Shown here: in pieces, positions 52,091 to 64,000 of the stretch
How the letters are laid out: every line of letters begins with the position of its first letter
Position numbering within the stretch: position 1 is the stretch's first letter
Origin: Octopus sinensis
Taxonomy: Eukaryota
Length of the DNA stretch: 64,000 nt
NCBI RefSeq assembly: GCF_006345805.1
Contig: NC_043005.1
Location: 24,428,001 to 24,492,000, forward strand
Direction: 5' to 3'
Translations under genes and position numbers: made by a program
The notes under the pieces: model-generated
Database searches by the model: none
Told to the model about the DNA's origin: nothing
Seen by the model: only the letters and a program-made list of their open reading frames with translations

Positions 52091-52276
52091 TTAATATATA
52101 TTCACTTAATACAGTTCTATATTTAAGAGATTGAGGAATTATGTACATTATTTGCATTTATTGACGGGAATATGGCATAGTCGTTAAGAACGTGGGCTAC
52201 TAAACCCAAGACTCCGAGTTCAATTCCAGGCAGTGACCTGAATAATAATAATAATAATAACAATAATAATAATAAC

Positions 52277-52307
<31 letters not shown>

Positions 52308-52450
52308 TCAAAAAATTCCTTAGGAGTGAGAACCCAGGTTAGAAATTCTCCCCAAGACACCAGATGAAGGCTGGAGAGTATATCAGCCTAAACGTTGTGT
52401 TAACAACAAACAAGATGAGGACAAATATCCGTCAAATGTAAATAATGTAT
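52091..52450 (+). mobile_element. tRNA-headed element with an (AAT)n linker, a decayed minimal hammerhead and an inverted terminal segment
   Basis: A box TGGCATAGTCG, B box GAGTTCAATTCC; hammerhead fold at 52356-52401; 52130-52168 is inverted relative to 52429-52450; related tail fragment on the minus strand at ~62449-62540. Confidence 0.7.
52356..52401 (+). ncRNA. Minimal hammerhead-like motif with two core substitutions (U4A, G12U), probably inactive
   Basis: GACAC [I] CAGATGA A GGCTG-GAGAGTATAT-CAGCC [II] TAA ACGT [III] T | GTGTT [I]. Confidence 0.55.
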
Positions 52451-52809
52451 ATATTTACTTTCTCTCTAAACTTACAGCCTATGACCCCTTAAAAGGTTTA
52501 TACCAAATTTATCCATATAACAATTCACAATATGCTGCAATGTTCCGTATGCTTAACACTTAATAACATTACGATATATCTTTTTCTGCCTCTTACGAGA
52601 TTCAATTTTATAAAGTGATTTGATTATTATAATTATAATCTTTAATGTACGAAACGAAACAGCTGTAAGCGATTATTTTGCAGTTAATAAATATACTATT
52701 TAATTTATTTATCTCCATTTTCTTATTTTTCTTAGATATATATATATAATTAAAAAGGAATGTAATTGTCATTTATTCATAATGATAAACACTCTTCTTA
52801 TATATATAT

Positions 52810-54966
52810 GTGCGTGTACACTTCCACTACCGTCTAAAACAACACCTTTACACACCTCCTTTCCGCTGCTTTCGGCCTTCTATTAACCTTTTCCTACTAA
52901 TTTTCAAAAAAACTTGTTTCTGTGGTCACATTTCGTTTCTCAGTCACTGCTTGCATCACCGCCTCATCCCTAAAGGTTTCCGCCTCAATTTCCACCCCAC
53001 TCTCCACTCTGCTACAACCATCCTACCCATATTCTGTACTACATCCTACCGCCATATGCGCGTCACCATTCGTTCTAATCTCTCCAAAATACACACCATC
53101 GACCGTCTTCTCCCTCTTGCTTTTTCCATCTTCTTCTCCTCTCAGTCGCCCTCCCATGCCAACACCACGTTACGTTACATAATTCATTTAAATCATCTCT
53201 TTCATCAATTTCTCGCTCACACCAAACAACGTAAACTCCACTCACTCTTCCATTTCATCACACCCGATGCCCCTACCCCGACTACTCCACTACCCCTCTC
53301 CTTCCCTGATACGCTCCCCCACCCCCACCAAGCCCACCGTCCCCCACACACACATACCTCCATCCCAACCAGCCTTCCACCATACCCGCCACTCCTCCTA
53401 CTTCTATCCCATCCACCCCTTCTCCACTTTAGTCTGTTGCTACCATTTCTCCAGATGTTCTGATGTTCTCCACTCTGAGGCGGAGCGCTCCCTCCTCAGT
53501 AGAGGTCTGCGCTTCATCCCCCTCACTCCATCCAGCAACAAATTTCGGACTCGTGCCGATATCCACAGCTTTGTGCGCACTGATAGGTTGTGCCGGCTTT
53601 TCCACGACACTCCAGCTGCATCTAATGAGGACTGCTTCACCGACATGGGCCACCCACCATCCCAGTAGCGCCAGCTCCTGGCCAGTTCCAAGCAGTCGAC
53701 CGGTTTAACTTTTCCAGGCGTCCTTGTCATCTGAATATCTCCCCAGCCGAACTGTCGGCCCTTCGATGTCTTCGACGCCGCACTGACATCATCATAAAAC
53801 CGGCCGACAAAGGTGGAGCCGTGGTGGTATGGCGCGCGGACCTCTGCAAGGCGGAAGCTCTCTGCCAACTTCAAGACACCTCCTTCTTCTGTCCTCTGCC
53901 ATCTGACCCCACGTCCAGCTACCAACAGACTGTGTCCTCCACTATCCATGACCTCATCTCCTCCTCCCGTCTCCTCCACCGACTCCAGCCTCATTGTCCG
54001 CACCCCTCACACCCCCACAATTTACTTCCTCCCCAAAATCCAGAATCCTAACAACTCTGGCCTCTTCACCGTCTCCGTCTGCAACTGCCCCACCGAACTC
54101 ATCTTTAGATATCTTGACCGTGTCCTTGCCCCCCTAGTGGCTTCCCTTCCCTCTCACATCCATGACACCAACCATGCGCTTCGTTTGTTCAACTCTTTCT
54201 ACTTCCTTCCTACCCCCTATATACTTCTCTTCACTCTCGACATCCATAACCTTTACACGGTGATCCCTCTCCACAAAGGGCGGCGTGCACTCCAACATTT
54301 CCATGATCTTCGGCCCAACCCCCAACCCGACACATCCACACTCGTTCGTCTGGTCGGAATTGTCCTCTCACTCACCTGCTTCTTGTTCGCTGGTAATTTT
54401 TACCAGCATTTTTCGGGAGTGGCCATATGAACGAGAATGGGACCCAATTATGCGAACCTGTTCGTTGGCTACGTTGAAGCCCAAATATTCTCAAGTTCCA
54501 CTGGTCCCACTCCCGAACTATACGGCAGTTATATTGACGACTGTGTCGATGCGAGCTCACTCTCTCGCGAACATCTAGACTCCTTCGTCTCTATGGTCAA
54601 ATCTTCCCATCCTGCCCCCCAATTCTCCTGCGCTATTTCTGACACCTCCGTCTCCTTTCTTGACATTTCGGTCAGCATTCATCACTCCACTCTCAACACC
54701 TCCATCCACTACAAACACACAGACTCACACTCATACCTCAACTTCTCCTCCTTCCACGCTAAACACGCCAAACTTTCCATCCGTCTACGCAGGCTCTGTA
54801 GTGACGACCATGCCTTTAAGACTCACTCTCAACTCATGGCTCGCCACTTTATCCTACACGGATATCCCCTCACCACTATCCACATCGGCCTTGCCAGATC
54901 ACGTTCCGTGGACCGTGCATCTACTCTCTCCCAGGTCTTCGTCTTTTGCTTTTGTTTGTGAATTCT

Positions 54967-54968
<2 letters not shown>
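52810..54968 (+). mobile_element. Penelope-like element (tentatively Neptune-type): RT pseudogene lacking the GIY-YIG endonuclease, in (TA)n
   Basis: HISFLSHC..HRLIPKGF, ERSLLSRGLRFIP, IYFLPKI, CPTELI.RYLD, LFTLDIHNLYT, MGPNYANLFVGYVE, YIDD, SFLDI, YKHTDSHSYL, RLRRLCS; stops and frameshifts; joins directly to the terminal GTCTTCGTC...GAATTCTCCC(TA)n. Confidence 0.9.
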
Positions 54969-55003
<35 letters not shown>

Positions 55004-55009
55004 GGTATG

Positions 55010-55260
55010 TAGAAAAATACAACATGGACAAGAACGTATAACTCTTAGAAGACGATACAATAAACACGGACAGGACATTCGAAACCCTCAGTCTTCAGTC
55101 AAGAACCGGATCATCGTAGTAATTTCGGCTGATTAATCTTGAGATTACTAGATCACGGCCAGCCCTCCAAGAAAAACTAATACGCTCTTCGACAGAAAAG
55201 AACACAAATAAACAGGGAGATAAAATAGAAAAAGGCTTAGTGGCTAGCGATCTGCATATA
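55010..55260 (-). mobile_element. Composite of two TA-anchored non-autonomous element fragments
   Basis: 55185-55256 matches the 49605-49677 family; the left part is a different repeat bounded by (TA)n. Confidence 0.5.
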
Positions 55261-55589
55261 TAAGTAGTATGGTGTGTGCGCATGCATATGTGTGTACGTG
55301 TGTGTATAACAGTGCATGATCTTGTGTTTCGCATATTTGCCTCATAACTATAGGTTTGTGTGTTTTGTTGCCGGACAAAACAGTGGAGCATGGTATTACA
55401 TTTTTCGTTGTTCTAGTACCAAACGAATACAGTTGCAACCCTCTCTCAGCTTCGATGCATGCATGCATGCATACATACCTACCTACATACATACATACAT
55501 ACATACATACATACATACATACATACATAACAGGAATACTGGTGGAATGTACCAGTGAGGACCTCAATAAAATGTAAGCACAACAGAAT

Positions 55590-55985
55590 TGATTTGATGA
55601 TTTGGGATAGAGAAGAGAAACTATGCAGAGTTATGGAAACTAGCTGCCTAGCATAAAGCTGAAGATCAGTCAGAAAGAGAACAGTTGTACTGAACTATTA
55701 AGAAATCTGCAGTTACTTTATCCAGATTACAAGTTCAGGTTTATACCTGTAAATATTGGGTCCCTGGGATATGTGACACACTGTCTAAATACCAATCTTG
55801 AGAAATTAGGCTTCTTAAAACCAAAAAGGAGAAAGCTAATTCGAAGACGACAGATCCAATACATCACTGGAACTGTAAAAGTCTGCAAAACTTTCCATAA
55901 GTTTATCATTTAAATATATATATGAGCATGTCTAGGTATGTAACTATATACATGAGAAGACATACATTAAACATACAAATCTGCA
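55590..55985 (+). mobile_element. RLE-type non-LTR element, 3' end (family D), in (CATA)n
   Basis: WDREEKLCRV.E...ELLRNLQLLYPDYKFRFIPV.IGSLGYV...GTVKVCKTF; (TACA)n arrays nearby on the 5' side and adjacent on the 3' side. Confidence 0.7.
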
Positions 55986-56240
55986 CATACATACATACAT
56001 ACATACATACATACATACATACATACATACATACATACATACATACATACATACATGCATGCATGCATGCATACATACATACATACATACATACATACAT
56101 ACATACATACTTACATACATGCATACATACATACGTACATACATGCATACATACATACATACATACATATATACATACATACATACATACTTACATACAT
56201 GCATACCTACATACATACATGCATACGTACATACGTACAA
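55980..56240. repeat. (TACA)n array
   Basis: Directly visible. Confidence 0.95.
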
Positions 56241-56364
56241 ACAAAAATACCCTGCTGTTGATGTTAAAATTCCAATGAAGGAACCTTGGATCTAGGTTAG
56301 GTATCGGTTCGTTCTCTATTGGCAAGAAATCTTGAAATAAGCTGAATAATGACATATATACATT

Positions 56365-56880
56365 GAAAAACAAGAGATTGCTACAGACTACCTAATAATT
56401 AAACGAGGCAGTGAAGATACTTGCAACTCCAAGATGCAATAGGAAATTCAGATTGTGTCATATTTATGTAGGAGACATCACATATGTGATTAGCAGTTGC
56501 TCCAAAATGTCATGAAGGTAATACTTCCCTCTGCGACACAACGTTGTCGCAAATATAATATACAATGCCATTCGGGAAAAAGACTGTCCCGGTATAAACA
56601 TAGTGAGTCCCTCTGCTATTGAATACGTCCAGAAACATCAGCACAAAGAATGTCGATGGAACATTCCAATCAAAACATCTGTCAAGTGAAAGCATAACAT
56701 GCCCGATATTGCTGTTTGGGACAGATAAGAAAATGTATGTACAGTCATAGAGGTCAACTGTCATATTGATATGAATATTTCTTTGAAAATCTAAGAGAAA
56801 GAAGATAACTATGGACAACTGCTTCGAATCCTCCAGCTTCTATATTCAGGTTATACGTTCACATTTAAGTCTATAATCCT
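56365..56880 (+). mobile_element. RLE-type non-LTR fragment (family D): CCHC and endonuclease region, decayed
   Basis: QEIATDYL...CRLC-like...LRHNVVA...WNIPIKTS...HNMPDI.VWD...EKEDNYGQLLR.LQLLY. Confidence 0.7.
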
Positions 56881-57087
56881 TTCAAAAGGAGGCACAAGGT
56901 CTCAAATGTATGGAGAGGGGACTAGCTGATTACATCAACTCCAGTGTTTTTCTGGTACTTAATTTGTCGACCCAGAAAGGACGAAAGGCAAAGAGTTTTC
57001 GTTTCTACAATGGTGCTTTGTATGTTTGTTAGAAACCGGTCCCTTCCTCAGAGGAAGCATTTAGATAATTAAAAACAGATGCGAACG

Positions 57088-57130
<43 letters not shown>

Positions 57131-57151
57131 GTATGCATGTATTCACACATA

Positions 57152-57365
57152 TATTCTTTCTTTTATTTGTTTTAGTCATTTGACTGCGGCCATGCTGGAG
57201 CACCGCCATTAGTCGAACAAATCGATCCCGGCACTTATTCTTTGTAAGCCTAGAACTTATTCTATCGGGGTTTTTTGCCGTATTGCTAAGTTACGGAGAC
57301 GTGAACACACTAACGTCGATTGTCAAGCGATGGTGGGGGGACAAACAGACGCACAAACACACGCA

Positions 57366-57397
<32 letters not shown>

Positions 57398-57554
57398 CGA
57401 CCGGCTTCTTTCAGTTTCCGTCTACCACATCCACTCACACAGCATTGGTCTGCCCGAGGCTATAGTAGAAGACACTTGCCCAAGGTGCCACGCACCGATA
57501 CTAACCCGGAACCATGTGGTTGGTAAGCAAGCTACTCACCACACAGCCACTCCT
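57152..57554 (-). mobile_element. SINE family 1, full length
   Basis: Reverse complement of tail, core and head. Confidence 0.9.
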
Positions 57555-57904
57555 ATTTATAACACTATATTACTTTGTATATGTACGCATAATACAGTCA
57601 CCTGTGCATATATAAGTCAATTACGGAGGCTAAAAAAAGCTGTACATTCCAGTGGAAGCTATATATAATAGATTACAAGATGCAAACTCAGAAATCATGT
57701 TATTTTATATATCATACCACATGATATGTCTTATATTACACATAATAGAAACAGGTAGATATTGTGATATATAATATTAACAGCTCGCAATTGTAATAGA
57801 ATCTTATGAATATATATCATTGTAAATGGCTCTACGGGTGGCATTGTACTTCAAAGAATACTAAAGAGCTTTAAACGAATGTAATTTGAAATATATTGGC
57901 GTAG

Positions 57905-58059
57905 GTGACTTGCGTTCTTTCTCTCTTTCACTCTCTCTCTCTCTCTCTCTCCCTCTTCTTCCGACTCCCTCCTTTTCCCCTATATCTTTCTACTTCTCTC
58001 TCTATCTCTCTCTTTCTCGCACTTACATTGTTTTTATTTTTTCCTTCTCTCTTTCACTT

Positions 58060-58091
<32 letters not shown>

Positions 58092-58328
58092 CCTCTTCTT
58101 CCGACTCCCTCCTTTTCTCCTATATCTTTCTACTTCTCTCTCTATCTCTCTCTTTCTCGCTCTTACATTATGTTTTTATTTTTTTCCTTCTCTCTTTCAC
58201 TTTCTCTCTCTCTCTCTCTCTCCCTCTTCTTCCGACTCCCTCCTTTTCCCCTATATCTTTCTACTCTTTATCTCGCTCTTTCTCGCTCTTACATTTTGTT
58301 TTTATTTTTTTCCTTCTCTCTTTCACTT

Positions 58329-58367
<39 letters not shown>

Positions 58368-58596
58368 TCTTCTTCCGACTCCCTCCTTTTCCCCTATATC
58401 TTTCTACTCTTTATCTCGCTCTTCTCGCTCTTACATTATGTTTTTATTTTTTCCTTCTCTCTTTCACTTTCTCTCTCTCTCTCTCTCTCCCTCTTCTTCC
58501 GACTCCCTCCTTTTCCCCTATATCTTTCTACTCTTTATCTCGCTCTTTCTCGCTCTTACATTTTGTTTTTATTTTTTTCCCTTCTCTCTTTCACTT

Positions 58597-58637
<41 letters not shown>

Positions 58638-58745
58638 CTTCCGACTCCCTCCTTTTCCCCTATATCTTTCTACTCTTTATCTCGCTCTTTCTCGCTCTTA
58701 CATTTTGTTTTTATTTTGTTTTCCTTCTCTCTTTTACTTTTACGA
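57905..58745. repeat. Six-copy pyrimidine-rich minisatellite (unit 124-143 bp)
   Basis: CCGACTCCC anchors at 57961, 58101, 58232, 58375, 58499 and 58641. Confidence 0.9.
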
Positions 58746-59225
58746 TTCTTACATCTTTATTTTCTTTGTCTTTCTCAACTCCCCACTTCACTCTGCTTCT
58801 CTTTGTTTCTTTCTCTCATTCCATTCTTTGTATTTTAATCGTTTTTTTTTTCTCTTAGTTTTTAGCCGTCGTTCATTAAGATGTTTTCATTTATACTTTC
58901 CTCACCAAACGCGCGACTATTCACTGCATACAGAAGAAAGCGCTCTTTTCAATTGCAGCAATGTATTTGGAAGTACATGTGCACGAACAAATACACACAC
59001 ACACATACACACACACACGTACATACATACATACATACATATATACATACATACATGCATGCATACATACATACATGCACACACACATACATACATACAC
59101 ACACATACATACATACATACATACATACATACATACATACACATACATACATATACATATATACATACATACACGCACATACATACACACATATACACAC
59201 ATACATACATACATACACATACATA

Positions 59226-59626
59226 CAGGAGTGGCTGTGTGGTAAGTAGCTTGCTTACCAGCCACATAGTTCCGGGTTCAGTCCCACTGCTTGGCACTTT
59301 GGGCAAGTGTCTTCTACTATAGCCTCGGGCCGACCAAAGCCTTGTGAGTGGATTTGGTAGACGGAAACTGAAAGAAGCCTGTCGTTTATATGTATATACA
59401 TATATGTATATATATATATATGTGTGTGTTTGTCCTCCCAACATCGCTTGACAACCGATGCTGGTGTGTTCATGTCCCCGTAACTTAGCAGTTCGGCAAA
59501 AGAGACCGATAGAATAAGTACTAGGCTTACAAAGAATAAGTCCTGGGGTTGATTTGCTCGACTAAAGGCCGTGCTCCAGCATGGCCGCAGTCAAATGACT
59601 GAAACAAGTAAAAGAGTAAAAGAGTA
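59226..59626 (+). mobile_element. SINE family 1, full length
   Basis: Complete head to AGTAAAAG tail. Confidence 0.92.
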
Positions 59627-59904
59627 AGGGTATACACACACATGTATATACTAAAAAAGATATGGTAGAAGAATCACAGAAAATTGTGTAACCATGTAAA
59701 CCTATACATATTGCTGCATGCATGAACCCGTATGTGTGCATTTATTTGTGTACGTATGTGCATGTATGCGTGAGTATGACAACATGCTGTGCAGTGAAGT
59801 TGTATGTTCAATTGTGTGTAATCTGATATGTACGTATATATGTGCGCACGCGTGTGTGTGTGTGTGTGAGTGTGTCTGTTACCATACATACATACATACA
59901 TACA

Positions 59905-59985
<81 letters not shown>

Positions 59986-59988
<3 letters not shown>

Positions 59989-60216
59989 TGGGGGGAAATA
60001 AATATTCGTACATGTCAAAATTCTTTATCTAATTTCTAATGAACATAAATGGGATATACCAATACTATATTTGCATATACATGCATAAACTAAGAATATG
60101 CAAAAGAAACTAATAAATTATACTTACTAAGGAATTTATATACAATTATAAATATTTAGGGGTGAAAAAAGTATTCGTACAGAATAAATTTATGATTTTC
60201 TATGCCACAAAATACT
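59986..60216 (+). mobile_element. Solo left TIR of the Tc1 family at 41863
   Basis: CAGTGGGGGGAAATAAATATTCGTACATG... near-identical to 41863-42095. Confidence 0.88.
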
Positions 60217-60552
60217 TTACTTTTCGCCATTATTACGATACAACTTTATGTTGTCTCAATGCTGAATGAAGAAGCTAGTGTTTTGACACTTAAAAATGAG
60301 TGCTTGGTCTTGTTTGCTTTGTTTGAGTCTATGAGAGCCTGCAGCAGCTTGTTGTTAGAGGTTTCATAAGATCACTTTCAGCATATTATAAGCTTTGATA
60401 GTTAGTTGTCAGTTATCGAGGAAGACATTCAACATCCTATGAACCAATCTCAAATCTTAGTTGTCGCTAGAAGAGCAGTTTTTGGAACTTGCTCAGCTTC
60501 CCCGTCAGTTCCAATATCTCTGACATTTCTCGAAGCTGGTTGTTAGTGCTCG

Positions 60553-60720
60553 ACGAAAGACGAAGACGGGTGTGTAAACAATAAACAGATGTATTAGTTT
60601 AACGCCCGGGAAATGAGAAAGACTTTTACGTTTCGAGCCTAAGCTCTTCAACAGAAAGGAACACAGAAATAAACAGGGAGAGAAAATAGATAAAGGTTTA
60701 GTGACTAACGATCTATGTAT
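60553..60720 (-). mobile_element. PLE terminal-repeat fragment with the same A6U hammerhead-like motif (60623-60658)
   Basis: Near-identical to 49510-49680; followed by (TATG)n. Confidence 0.7.
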
Positions 60721-60850
60721 GTATGTATGTATGTATGTATGTATGTATGTATGTATGTATGTATTATGTATGTATGTGTATATATGTGTATATATATATA
60801 TATATGTGTGTGTGGTGTGTGTGTGTGTGTGTGTATGTATGTGAGTGTAT

Positions 60851-61075
60851 ATGTTTGTGTGTCTGTGTTTGTCCCCCGACATCGCTTGACAGCCGATGCT
60901 GGTGTGTTTACGCCCCCGTGAATTATCGTTTCGGCAAAAGAGACCGATAGAATAAGTACAGTACTAAGCTTACAAAGAGCAAGTCCTGGGGTCGATTTGC
61001 TCGACTAAAGGCGGTGCTCCAGCATGGCCGCAGTCAAATAAGCTGAAAGAAGTAAAAGAGTAAAGAGTAGAGTAA
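60851..61075 (+). mobile_element. SINE family 1, right half
   Basis: ACATCGCTTGAC...AGTAAAAGAGTAAAGAGTA. Confidence 0.85.
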
Positions 61076-61489
61076 GTACCCGTGAAACACCGGGGTCGAT
61101 ATAATCGACTAATCGCTTCCCTCAAAGTTTCAGGCCTTGTGCATTTAGCAGAAAACATTATTATTGTTGTTGTTGCTCCTACGGCTGCTGCTGCTGTGTT
61201 CGTCGTCGTTGTTGTGGTTTAAATTGAAGAGAAATGGAAGTAAATTAGATGACACATCTGAATCCAATTTATCATTCAAATGTCAATTTATGGAAATAAA
61301 ACAAAGTACGAATCTGAGAACATAGAGCCTCGTGCGCTGAGCTAAATAAGTGATATTGCCATCATAGCAATTATCAGAGGCATCGCATAGCTACAACATC
61401 ACATCCCGTTATGACAGGACTCTATCACACCTGCTGACACATGTCATTGTTTTGATTTGAGGCGAATGACGCCCGGTGGATAACAACAA

Positions 61490-61492
61490 CAA

Positions 61493-61526
<34 letters not shown>

Positions 61527-61550
61527 TACTACTACTACTACTACTACTAC

Positions 61551-61583
<33 letters not shown>

Positions 61584-61830
61584 ATATACCCCCCTACGAC
61601 TACAACTACTACTACCAATACCCCCCTACTACTACAACTACTACTACCAATACCTCCACCATTACTACTACTACTACTATTGCCACCACCACTACTACAA
61701 CGCCCACCACCTCCACGACCACTACTCCTACTACTCCTACTACTACAACTACTACTACTATCACCACCACCATCACCATCACCACTACTACTACTTCTAC
61801 CACCACCATCACCACTACTACTACTTCTAC
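61490..61830. repeat. (ACT)n/(AAT)n/(ACC)n trinucleotide array
   Basis: Directly visible. Confidence 0.9.
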
Positions 61831-61968
61831 CACCTCCAATTCCACTTATTGTCTACTTATTTTGCTGACGGCATTTGATCTCAGAACGTAATGAAACGGA
61901 AGAAATTCCTTTTGTCCCACTTACTATAAATATTACCTGCTCACCACCCTAATAATAATAATGATTAT

Positions 61969-62154
61969 AACATCGCTTGACAATCGATGCTGGTGTGTTT
62001 ACGTCCAAGTAACTAAGCGGTTCGACAAAAAGAGATCGATAAAATAAGTACTAGGCTTACAAAGAATAAGTCCGAGGGTCGATTTGCTCGACTAAAGGCG
62101 GTGCTCCAGCATGGCCACAGTCAAATGACTGAAACAAGTAAAAGAGTAAAAGAG
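61969..62154 (+). mobile_element. SINE family 1, right half
   Basis: AACATCGCTTGAC...AAAAGAGTAAAAGAG. Confidence 0.85.
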
Positions 62155-62574
62155 AGATGCAGTCCTCTTGATATGGGAGAACCTTCCACTATGGCCATTC
62201 AAGGATCTCCACTGACCTAGGATCACCCTGACCACTAATGGCACAAACCTTCACTCATATGTTGTTACCCAGTTTACAGCTTCAGGCTTAGAGTACGTCC
62301 ATTCAGTTATTCTAATCATTTAGTCATAAATAATAATTCGATTCAGAGTTGAGACAATACTGTGAAATGATATTGTCGTCATTGTGATGTTGGTGATAAT
62401 TACTATAGTCTTGTATGCGAGTTTATTATCATTAATATAAACTCATATACAGTTCTATATTTATGAGAGGAGGAATTATGTACATTATTTACATTTGACG
62501 GATATTTGTCCTCATCTTGTTTGTTGTTAACATTAGTTACATTTCACAGATATTTGTCCTCATAAACGTTCAGA

Positions 62575-62932
62575 CTTTGGGTCATCTCCAAGACTCACCA
62601 CCCTTCCCTTCCTAAATTCAGCTGCCTACTTTTTCATTGTTGATAAAGTTGGAATGTCATCCCCTACTGTAGCAACTATGTCAGCATGAATGTCGTTGGG
62701 AGTTAAAACCATTTTACTGCAGATAATTGATACCATAATATCTAATTACGTCCATTCTCTAGACGAGTCGCAGTTGCTTTTGAAGCCTCCTTTCAAAAGT
62801 CAGATACCAGTTTACTTGGAAATAAACAATACAGTTATTAATAAGAATAGTTGAAATTAGCATCTGCAAGATTTCACAGCTCTACCATCACTCCTTCATA
62901 ATCAGCCTATGAACTCTTCAGCCCACCCTCAT
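62575..62932 (-). mobile_element. mariner 5' end with the N-terminal HTH coding region, decayed
   Basis: Minus strand DIHADIVATVGDDIPTLSTMKK*AAEFRKGR..SLGDDP. Confidence 0.75.
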
Positions 62933-63032
62933 TATCATAAATAATCTCGTAGAAATTCTCAAAACCTCGCACAATGTCATAAAATCTAATATGTTTTTAC
63001 AGAATTTTTCATCTTTTCCTGTAATTCTTTAG

Positions 63033-63253
63033 GGCACAGAATCTCAGAAATTCCACAACAATGGAACTGAAGTAATGTTGATATACTGCGTAGACGCGAC
63101 ACTCCCGAGATTTCAACAATTGGCCTACTGTATTTACCAATTCGTTACAATGTTTGTAGCTCCTACATTTATTTTGGCGATCTGCTATTCAAAGGTTATA
63201 TACGTGTTGTGGGTCAGCACAAAGCAACTGGCTCAGATGACTTTCACAGAAAG
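63033..63253 (+). CDS. Next internal coding exon of the same GPCR: ECL2, TM5, start of ICL3
   Basis: Pyrimidine tract plus TTTAG acceptor and GTGAGT donor; GTESQKFHNNGTEVMLIYCVDATLPRFQQLAYCIYQFVTMFVAPTFILAICYSKVIYVLWVSTKQLAQMTFTE has the ECL2 Cys, an NGT sequon and the TM5 P...CY; phase 0 start matches the upstream exon. Confidence 0.9.
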
Positions 63254-63595
63254 GTGAGTAACATGAACACTTGCTATTACTGTTGTTGCTATTTAGCACC
63301 AGGTCAGCCCTTAATGGAACAAACCTATGGTTAAAGGGATTCCAGCTATGACCAACCAAAATTTTAAGAGGTATGTAGTTCTAAATTATCCAATATCTCA
63401 GGTTATTTAAGACGGTAGGTTGTTAAAGTAAGATAACTTGGCAGCTATTTCAGTAGCTGAGCGATCACGATGACATTCTTTCACTGTTGAAGATGTTGTC
63501 GTTGTGGTTATTGCTGTTGATATTCTTGGTGAAAATGTCCGTGGCGTCGCCGTCGCTGTTGTTGTTGTTGTTGTTGTTTATCTGCAGAGTTGACC

Positions 63596-63868
63596 CAAAA
63601 GACGAAGACCTGGGAGAGAGTAGATGCACGGTCCACGGAACGTGATCTGGCAAGTCCGATGTGGATAGTGGTGAGGGGATATCCGTGTAGGATAAAGTGG
63701 CGAGCCATGAGTTGAGAGTGAGTCTTAAAGGCATGGTCGTCACTACAGAGCCTGCGTAGACGGATGGAAAGTTTGGCGTGTTTAGCGTGGGAGGAGGAGA
63801 AGTTGAGGTATGAGTGTGAGTCTGTGTGTTTGTAGTGGATGGAGGTGTTGAGAGTGGAGTGATGAATG
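63596..63868 (-). mobile_element. 273 bp inverted copy of the PLE segment 54676-54948
   Basis: Only two substitutions seen by eye; shares the same deletion junction. Confidence 0.9.
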
Positions 63869-64000
63869 TAAGTGAAAAGAAATTATCTCTGCGTCAGTAA
63901 TCGAAATTTGCTGGTATTGTTCGGTAAATTTGAAGTTTATCTTCCGTCATACTGCAATCCTGATTTATGTCTTGGGCCCTCTCAAACACGGATCGACTCG

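Noticed and set aside
55075-55150. Minus-strand CTGAAGA...CGAATGTC as a hammerhead
   Set aside because: Lacks A15.1 and no stem I pairing could be found.
57905-58745. CRISPR-like regularly spaced repeats
   Set aside because: Eukaryotic context; the spacers are themselves repeated, so this is a tandem minisatellite.
57886-59322. 478 aa and overlapping 317 and 222 aa ORFs
   Set aside because: Open only because they run through a pyrimidine minisatellite and (CATA)n repeats; low-complexity S/L/F and H/T/Y/I translation.
60370-60550. Another RLE-LINE 3' end on the minus strand
   Set aside because: Only a short KTALLAT.KI-like match; too decayed to list with confidence.

Overview
AT-rich, microsatellite-saturated animal genomic DNA, most likely octopus (inferred from the SINE and LINE families). 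The only host coding sequence I can support is two + strand exons of a class A peptide-type GPCR: 49809-49932 (end of TM3 to TM4) and 63033-63253 (ECL2 to TM5), joined in frame across a 13.1 kb intron. No upstream exon was found, so the first ~49.8 kb is probably one long intron. The rest is transposon-derived: about 15 copies or fragments of a bipartite tRNA-derived SINE plus other SINEs, Tc1/mariner/pogo remnants, Helentron-like non-autonomous elements, an RTE 3' end with three C2H2 fingers, a Tx1/L1 element in (GATA)n, a cluster of R4/Dong-type 3' ends in (TAA)n, and Penelope-like elements (PLEs) in (TA)n. The most interesting signal is a set of sequence-unrelated, mostly (TA)n-anchored short elements that carry type I hammerhead ribozyme folds. 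Two families have fully intact cores and occur as inverted sense/antisense pairs (23071-23121/25123-25173 and 25530-25588/25649-25707); variant or decayed cores lie at ~1.9, 26.2, 38.0, 49.6, 52.4 and 60.6 kb. Many long palindromes and templated rearrangements accompany them. All folds were done by eye and need computational and in vitro confirmation.
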